From the NCBI GenBank assembly GCA_963745075.1, contig CAVUWV010000031.1, positions 96,001-160,000 of the forward strand: a stretch of DNA of 64,000 nt, read 5' to 3'. Each line of letters begins with the position of its first letter. Within the stretch, counting starts at the first letter, position 1. The translations under genes and the position numbers were made by a program. This document shows positions 58,030-64,000 of this stretch, in pieces. The notes under the pieces were generated by a model, which was given only the letters and a program-made list of their open reading frames with translations, did no database searches and had not been told where the DNA came from. The DNA comes from Candidatus Hydrogenedentota bacterium. Lineage in GTDB: Bacteria > Hydrogenedentota > Hydrogenedentia > Hydrogenedentales > SLHB01.

Positions 58030-58076
58030 GTAGACTACCATGGATTTTAGTAAGCGGAACTAAGGAGACGACCACA

Positions 58077-58754
58077 ATGAAAAAACTACTGATTGGGGTA
58101 GTGGCGGTCATGCTGGTTGCCGGAAGCGCAACCGCTGCTACCTGCGGACCCAAGACCTGGGACGACATGTCCTGGTGGGGCAACACGGGCGCGACGCCCG
58201 AGCCGTATCCGGATCAAGGCGCGGCTGGATGCCCCGACTCGACCGCCCGGTCCTGCTATTGGTGGTGGCCGCAAGAGCCCGACACCAACAGCGGCGACAC
58301 GGAACTGTGGGGTAACCGAGGCGTTATTTATCACTGCTGGGAAAAACCCCCGATGCCGCCTCCGCCGCCACCCCCGCCGCCTCCGCCGCCTCCCGTGGTA
58401 CAGCGTACGGCGATCGTGCTCAACAACGTCTTGTTTGATTTCGACAAGGCCGTGTTGAAGCCGGAAGGCAAAGCGGAAGTGGACAAGCTGATCAATGAAA
58501 TGAAAGCCCATCCTGGCGACACGGTCGAGATCGAAGGGCATACGTGCGACCTCGGCAGTGAAGAGTACAACATGGGTCTTGGTCAGCGCCGTGCGGATGC
58601 TGTGAAGAGCTACATGGTTGAGAGCGGCATTGCCGCCGACCGCATCACGACGAAGAGCTACGGTGAAACCCAGCCGGCCGTGCCGAATGACGGGCCGGCG
58701 AACCGGAAGCTGAACCGGCGTGCGGTGTTCAACATCACGCTCGGCAGTGAATAA
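58077..58754 (+). CDS. OmpA-family peptidoglycan-binding protein with Trp/Cys-rich N-terminal domain and polyproline linker
   Basis: TAAGGAG RBS, signal peptide; VLFDFDK, IEGHTC..G...YN..L..RRA, YGE..P, NRR. Confidence 0.9.
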   Translation: MKKLLIGVVAVMLVAGSATAATCGPKTWDDMSWWGNTGATPEPYPDQGAAGCPDSTARSCYWWWPQEPDTNSGDTELWGNRGVIYHCWEKPPMPPPPPPPPPPPPPVVQRTAIVLNNVLFDFDKAVLKPEGKAEVDKLINEMKAHPGDTVEIEGHTCDLGSEEYNMGLGQRRADAVKSYMVESGIAADRITTKSYGETQPAVPNDGPANRKLNRRAVFNITLGSE

Positions 58755-58777
58755 CCCTTAGCGAACTGAAATCCTGC

Positions 58778-58816
58778 AAACCGCCCCGGTGTGCAACCCA
58801 CCGGGGCGGTTTTTTT
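58778..58816 (+). terminator. Intrinsic terminator
   Basis: AAACCGCCCCGGTG-loop-CACCGGGGCGGTTTTTTT. Confidence 0.9.
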
Positions 58817-58901
58817 GTTCGGTCGAAGGCTGGAGGTGGCTGGTTTTCTGCCTGCTGACGCAGCGACTGCAACATGAATCGAGGTTTTCGGCCGTCATTC
58901 A

Positions 58902-59038
58902 CACAGCCGGGGGCGGCTGTGCCACACAACTCACTCCAAAGATTTGGTTTCGGCCCGCACTGATCAGTTCTTCCAAGACCTGGAACGAGAAGCCTGCGGA
59001 CTGATACTAGACAAGCGAGTGTGGGATAGCCGCCCCCG
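58902..59038. repeat. Inverted pair of REP-like palindromes
   Basis: CACAGCCGGGGGCGGCTGTGCCACAC at 58902-58927 and an inverted degenerate copy GTGTGGGATAGCCGCCCCCG at 59019-59038 (18/20 match). Confidence 0.6.
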
Positions 59039-59164
59039 TCTTCTTGGGTGCCATCGCACGCGACCCTTCTATGCGTCGATCGGGACAGTCCGTTGATCCA
59101 TCGTGTCGTGAAATCGGTTACACTCGGGATCTGTGACCCGGCTTCGGACTGAAAGGAGTCCTCC

Positions 59165-60806
59165 ATGTCCCGAAGACTCATCGCAACCACCACATTGGCT
59201 ATCACTGTTGTTCTGCTTCCGGCCTACGCCGACCCCCTCGACGACGCAGCCCGAAATGGCGCGCAAGCTCAGGAAGCGTTGCAACGCAGCAAGCGCGTCA
59301 TGGACGCGTGGCTGGCCCGGGCGGACCCGATCACCGGTCTGCTTCAACGCCGGGGCACGCAGGACGTGTGGTACGTGCGGGATTCGGCAGCGGACCTGTA
59401 CCCCTTTCTCGTCATGGCGGCGTACTACACGGATCGCCCCACCTACGACACAACGATGAGCGCCATCCTGCGGAACGAATTGCGCTATTCGCGGCGCGTC
59501 GGCCAGTTGCCGGATAACGTCCCATTCGGTGGGCAAGGCTTCGAAGAATCCCGAAATCGACATGGACGAAATCCTCTTCGGCAATTGCGAGTACGTAAAG
59601 GATGGGCTGCTGCCGTTGTCGGAACTGCTCGGACATGGCCAATGGTACATTCGAATGCGAGGGATCACGGATGACATCATCGCGTACGCGCCGTACGACA
59701 CACCTTTCGGGAAGATGCCGTCGGTAAGCGCCGAAGTGAACGGAGAGCTGTTGCAGGCGTTGGTCCGTCTCGCGTACGCCACGAACGACCCTTCGTACAT
59801 CGATCAGGCCATCCGCATCGGCGATTTCTACTTCCAGGAAGTGATTCCACGGTCGAACGGTCTCCCCCATCTGTGGGACCTCGACGCGAGAAGACCCGCG
59901 TCAGACAAGTTCGTCCTCGCCGATCATGGCAATGAGATTCTCGGGGGCCTCTCCGAACTCGTCATGTATACCAAAGAGACCAAGAACCCGGCCTACGAAC
60001 GGTTCCGGGAACCCTTCACACGACTGGTCCACCAACTGCTCGATGTGGGTCTGAACGCGGACGGGCTGTTTTACACGTCCATCGCATTGGATACGTACGA
60101 ACCGGTCGATGCGCGTCACGCCCACTGCTGGGGCTACCTCTTCAATGGCGTGTATACCGCCTACCTCATCACGGGGGAGGCGCGGTTTCGCGACGCCACG
60201 CTCCACGCGCTCACGAAGGTTGTCGAGAAACCGACGACCTACCTGGACGACCCGGAGGGCAGCGGGCGCAACTATGGTTCCGATGCCTACTCGGACGCCC
60301 TGGAAAGCGCTATCGTGTTTCGCAACCGCTTCCCGGAGATCGTGGACGAGGGAGTGCTCGACACCTGCGTGAAGCGCTTCCTTGCGCGGCAGCGGGAAGA
60401 CGGCATCATCGAGGACTGGTATGGCGACGGCAACTACGTTCGCACAGCGCTGATGTACGCCCTGATGAAGTCGCAGGGCACGTGGGCGGAACCATGGCGG
60501 GACGATCTCAGATTGGGTGCGGTACCGGACGGAGACGGCGTGCTGATCGCGGTTGGCGCCGATCGGCCCTGGGAAGGCCGGATTCGCTTCGACGTGCCGC
60601 GGCACCGCTACGTCTTCAACATGCCGGTGAACTATCCGCGTCTGAACGAATGGCCGGAATGGTTCACGGTGGAGTTGGATCAACTTTATGCCGTCACCAT
60701 GGATGGCAACGAGTTCATTCGAAGCGGCGGCGAGTTGGCTCAGGGATTGCCGGTGACGATGGCCGGGCGGGCGGTCATTGCGGTACATAACGCAAAGACG
60801 CAATGA
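59165..60806 (+). CDS. Secreted putative (alpha/alpha)6-barrel protein, paralog of the 5162-7639 N-terminal domain (apparent frameshift at ~59543)
   Basis: AAGGAG RBS, signal peptide; DSAAD.YPF, EY.KDGL, EVNGE, DHG.E.L.GLSE, WYGDGN, YPR.N..PEWFTVE shared with the paralog. Confidence 0.72.
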
Positions 60807-60890
60807 CGCCAAGCCGCAAGGAGTCCACGCCATGGTGTTTTTTTGTTAAATAGCATTGTAATTTCTTGACGTTTTGAATAGAATGTCTGC

Positions 60891-61799
60891 ATGGACGATG
60901 GAGCCCCAAAAAGTGCATTAAGCCCGCTGCTGGACCGGTTTATGGAGTCGGCGGTGTTTGAGTCGGGTCTTGCCGAGGCGACACTGGCGGCGTACTCGGC
61001 GGATATTGCCACGTATCTTCAGTACCTGGAGTCGGTGGGGATTTCCGATTTGGACGCGGTAACGCGGGAACACGTGCTGGACCATCTGATCGCGCTGCGC
61101 AAAGAGGCGAAGTTGTCCGCGCGATCGGCGGCACGGCATCTCAGTGCCATTCGCGGGTTCCATGCCTTTCTACGCGGCGAACGGCTTACCAACTCGGACC
61201 CGGCCGAGGGCTTCGACGCGCCCCGCCTGACGCGGGCCCTCCCCCACGTGCTGTCGTCGACCGATATCGAACGAATGCTGGAGATGCCGGACTGCTCGAA
61301 GCCCGAGGGCGTTCGCGATGCGGCCATCCTGGAATTGTTCTACTCGTGCGGCTTGCGCATCTCCGAACTGGCAAAGCTTCCGTTGCGGGACATGTCGCTG
61401 GAGGAAGGCGCGGTGCGCGTGCACGGCAAAGGGTCGAAGGTTCGCTTGGTCCCGCTGGGCCAGCGCGCCATGGAACGCATCCGTGCCTGGATTGGCGTAC
61501 GGGGCTCCGGGAAGGTGCTGGACGATACGCTATTCCTCGGTTCCCGCGGGAAGCGGATGAGCCGAACGGGCGTCTGGCAGATCGTAAAGCGTTACGCGAG
61601 GTCTGCCAACATCCGGCAAAACGTGACGCCGCATATGTTACGGCATTCCTTCGCCACCCACTTGCTCGATAACGGCGCCGATCTCCGCGCCGTGCAGGAG
61701 ATGCTCGGGCACTCCGATATTGCCACGACCCAGATATACACGCACGTCAGCGCGGATCGATTGAGCAGGGCGCACCGCGCATTTCATCCGCGCGCGTGA
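60891..61799 (+). CDS. xerD: Site-specific tyrosine recombinase XerD
   Basis: RDAAILELFYSCGLRISEL, GKGSKVR.VP, TPHMLRHSFATHLL, LGHSDIATTQIYTHV. Confidence 0.9.
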   Translation: MDDGAPKSALSPLLDRFMESAVFESGLAEATLAAYSADIATYLQYLESVGISDLDAVTREHVLDHLIALRKEAKLSARSAARHLSAIRGFHAFLRGERLTNSDPAEGFDAPRLTRALPHVLSSTDIERMLEMPDCSKPEGVRDAAILELFYSCGLRISELAKLPLRDMSLEEGAVRVHGKGSKVRLVPLGQRAMERIRAWIGVRGSGKVLDDTLFLGSRGKRMSRTGVWQIVKRYARSANIRQNVTPHMLRHSFATHLLDNGADLRAVQEMLGHSDIATTQIYTHVSADRLSRAHRAFHPRA

Positions 61800-61872
61800 A
61801 TTGATGGGAATCGGTTCCGGACGGGTGTTGGGGGAAACACCGATCGAACGACAAGCCCGGAGACCTTTACGA

Positions 61873-63078
61873 TTAACCGAGGAGGCTCGCCACGCGGTCG
61901 ATCAGTTTTTCCGCCAACTCGTCTTTGGTCATGGTGGGAAGTTCGTCTACGTTACCTTCGCGATCGACAAAGGCTGCGCTCGTGGTGTCCGTGCCGAAGC
62001 CCGAATCGGGGGTGTTCACTTGGTTCGCGACGATGAGGTCAAGGTTTTTCTTCTTCAGCTTCGCTTTGGCATTCTTGACGAGATCCTCGGTCTCGGCGGC
62101 AAATCCCACCACAATCTGTCGCGCCGTTCGCGCGGACCCCACCGCGCTCAGCACGTCGGGATTCTCCACCAAATCAAGTTGAAGTTTCTTACCGGTCTTC
62201 TTGCGTTTGCTTTCGGTCGGTGATTCGACCCGGTAGTCGCCCACCGCCGCGGCGGCGATAAACACGTCGCATTCGGGCGCGAGTTTCGCGACGGCTTGCG
62301 CCATTTCGGTGGCGGTTTCCACTGAAATAAGCCGGGCGTTGTGGGGCGCGGCGACTTCTGACGGTCCGCTGACAACGGTCACTTCCGCGCCCCGGGCGAG
62401 GGCCTCGATGGCGACGGCGCGGCCCATCTTGCCGGAGGAGCGGTTGCCAATGAAGCGAACGGGATCGATGGATTCGTGGGTGGCGCCGCTGGTGATCAGG
62501 ACGCGTTTCCCGGCGAGGTCCTTCTGTTCCCTCAGCAACGGGACACAGGCCTCGAGGATCGTCATGGGATCGATCAAGCGGCCGGGACCGACCGTACGGC
62601 ACGCGAGGCGTCCGGAATCGGGACCAACAAAATGCGCGCCGCGCACGCGAAGCGTCGCGATGTTCTGCTGGGTTGCGGGGTGCAGATACATGTTGGTATT
62701 CATCGCCGGCGCAAAAAGGAGCGGCGCCCGGGTCGCCAGCAGCGTGGTGGTCAGCCAGTCGTCGGCGATTCCGTGGGCGGCTTTCGCGATGATGTTGGCC
62801 GTGGCGGGGGCGATGAGGTAGAGATCGGCACGCTGGGCGACGGCGATGTGTTCGACTTCCGGATTCTGCATCGGTTCGAACATCGCGGTAATCGCCCGGC
62901 GCCCGGCGATCGCCTCGAACGTCGCAGGGCCCACCAGTTCGGTTGCCGACTTGGTGAGCACGGGGGTGACGCGGGCGCCCAGTTCCACCAAACGCGACGC
63001 CAGTTCGCAGGCTTTATAGGCCGCGATGGATCCGGTGACGCCGAGGACGATTTCCTTATTCGAGAAATTCCTCTTCAT
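61873..63078 (-). CDS. coaBC: Bifunctional phosphopantothenoylcysteine decarboxylase/ligase CoaBC
   Basis: GVTGSIAAYK, APATAN, PAMNTNM, IDPVRFIGNRSSGKMG, AAVGD, GFAAET. Confidence 0.96.
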   Translation of the reverse strand: MKRNFSNKEIVLGVTGSIAAYKACELASRLVELGARVTPVLTKSATELVGPATFEAIAGRRAITAMFEPMQNPEVEHIAVAQRADLYLIAPATANIIAKAAHGIADDWLTTTLLATRAPLLFAPAMNTNMYLHPATQQNIATLRVRGAHFVGPDSGRLACRTVGPGRLIDPMTILEACVPLLREQKDLAGKRVLITSGATHESIDPVRFIGNRSSGKMGRAVAIEALARGAEVTVVSGPSEVAAPHNARLISVETATEMAQAVAKLAPECDVFIAAAAVGDYRVESPTESKRKKTGKKLQLDLVENPDVLSAVGSARTARQIVVGFAAETEDLVKNAKAKLKKKNLDLIVANQVNTPDSGFGTDTTSAAFVDREGNVDELPTMTKDELAEKLIDRVASLLG

Positions 63079-63277
63079 CCGTTCCGCCGATCCGGGCTTT
63101 GACCTTGCCCTGCAACACTTCTTCGAGGGCCACGATCGTCGGCTTCTTGGACCGCACGGGGACGAGCGGCCGCGAATCCGGCTTGGAGATCTGAGACGCA
63201 CGGCGCGCCGCCAGAATCACCAGCCGGTAGAGGCTGTCGATCTTGTCATCAAACTGTTCTACGGATATCTTGCTCAT
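63056..63277 (-). CDS. rpoZ: RNA polymerase omega subunit
   Basis: SLYRLVILAARRA..I, KPTIVALEE; between gmk and coaBC. Confidence 0.9.
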   Translation of the reverse strand: MSKISVEQFDDKIDSLYRLVILAARRASQISKPDSRPLVPVRSKKPTIVALEEVLQGKVKARIGGTDEEEFLE

Positions 63278-63335
63278 GGTTCCTCCAACTCAGGGTCTAT
63301 TGTCGTTCAATTGCGCCGGCCCACGCTTGGAGCGC

Positions 63336-63947
63336 TCAGGGCTGGCGATGGGCCCGGCATCGCTCCGCGCGAACGATTGCGGCTAAGTCCTGAACGGCTT
63401 CGTCCAGGTGCTCGTTCACGATGACGTAGTCGTATTCGCGCCGGGCGGCGATCTCCGCGTTTGCGTTGGCCAGACGCAATTCGATCACGTCCGGTTTATC
63501 CGTTCCGCGTTTCGTCAGGCGCCTTTCAAGTTCTTCCGGGGACGGCGCCATGACGAATACGCTGACCATATCCAGTCCGCGGGCTTTCAAGTTGCGCATG
63601 CCCTGCACGTCCAACTCGAGCACCGTGTCTTCTCCGGAGGCAGTGAGGCGCTCCAGCTCATCTTGCAGCGTGCCGTACAGGTTCCCGTGAACTTCGGCCC
63701 ACTCGACAAAGTCGCCCGTCGCGACCCGGCGCTCGAAGGCCTCCCGGTCCAGGAAGTAATAATCCACGCCTTCCACTTCACCGCTGCGTGGCGGCCGCGT
63801 CGTCGCAGAAACTGAATAGCCCAACCGGAGGTCCTTGTCGAAGACCCCTTTCAGGACGGTTCGTTTCCCGGCTCCCGAAGGGGCGGACAGCACGAAGACA
63901 ATGCCACGCCGCGCGGGCCCGGCGGTATTTTCTTGCGAGGGACTCAC
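63336..63947 (-). CDS. gmk: Guanylate kinase
   Basis: SAPSGAGK, SATTRPPR.GE.EGVDY, EWAEVHGNLYGT, DVQG. Confidence 0.96.
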   Translation of the reverse strand: MSPSQENTAGPARRGIVFVLSAPSGAGKRTVLKGVFDKDLRLGYSVSATTRPPRSGEVEGVDYYFLDREAFERRVATGDFVEWAEVHGNLYGTLQDELERLTASGEDTVLELDVQGMRNLKARGLDMVSVFVMAPSPEELERRLTKRGTDKPDVIELRLANANAEIAARREYDYVIVNEHLDEAVQDLAAIVRAERCRAHRQP

Positions 63948-63956
63948 CGCTGCCGC

Positions 63957-64000
63957 TCACTCGATGTTTTGAATCTGCTCGCGGATCTTCTCCAACTCGG
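63957..64000 (-). CDS. yicC: YicC/YloC family protein, C-terminal end only
   Basis: Manual translation ELEKIREQIQNIE*, the conserved YicC C-terminus, in the usual position upstream of gmk. Confidence 0.8.
   Translation of the reverse strand, partial: ELEKIREQIQNIE

Noticed and set aside
58354..58394. CCG-rich tandem repeat
   Set aside because: It simply encodes the polyproline linker of the OmpA-family protein.
60891..61799. Tyrosine recombinase as the integrase of a mobile element
   Set aside because: Length and motifs match housekeeping XerD, it neighbours core genes, and no att sites or cargo are evident.

Overview
GC-rich (roughly 60% by eye) chromosomal window from a diderm, LPS-producing, probably anaerobic or facultative bacterium. 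The gene content is reminiscent of Candidatus Hydrogenedentota or PVC-type lineages, but I cannot confirm taxonomy from the sequence. Left to right: a GH116 fragment, rimI, tsaB and an atypical tRNA-His (G1:U72, A73); about 16 kb of mostly secreted, poorly characterised hydrolase-like genes interspersed with several families of short palindromic repeats; a sugar-alcohol-phosphate trio (class II aldolase, Zn-dependent dehydrogenase, SrlD-like SDR); a complete ~12 kb minus-strand [FeFe]-hydrogenase operon (receiver, NuoE-like, NuoF-like, HydA, GAF histidine kinase, HydG, TM1266-type regulator, AspA, HydF, HydE, Rex) headed by a sigma70 promoter and a Rex-type operator; pilT, a GGDEF-EAL sensor, a Ser/Thr kinase-FGE fusion and eda; the housekeeping block lpxA-gnnA-like-lpxB-polA-rho; a sigma54-driven hybrid kinase; a structured leader RNA with terminator/antiterminator logic upstream of a stand-alone sigma region-4 protein; an unusual OmpA-family protein; xerD; and yicC-gmk-rpoZ-coaBC. 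Seven genes, including lpxA, carry single-base frameshifts that mostly look like assembly indels. I found no CRISPR array, transposase or prophage.
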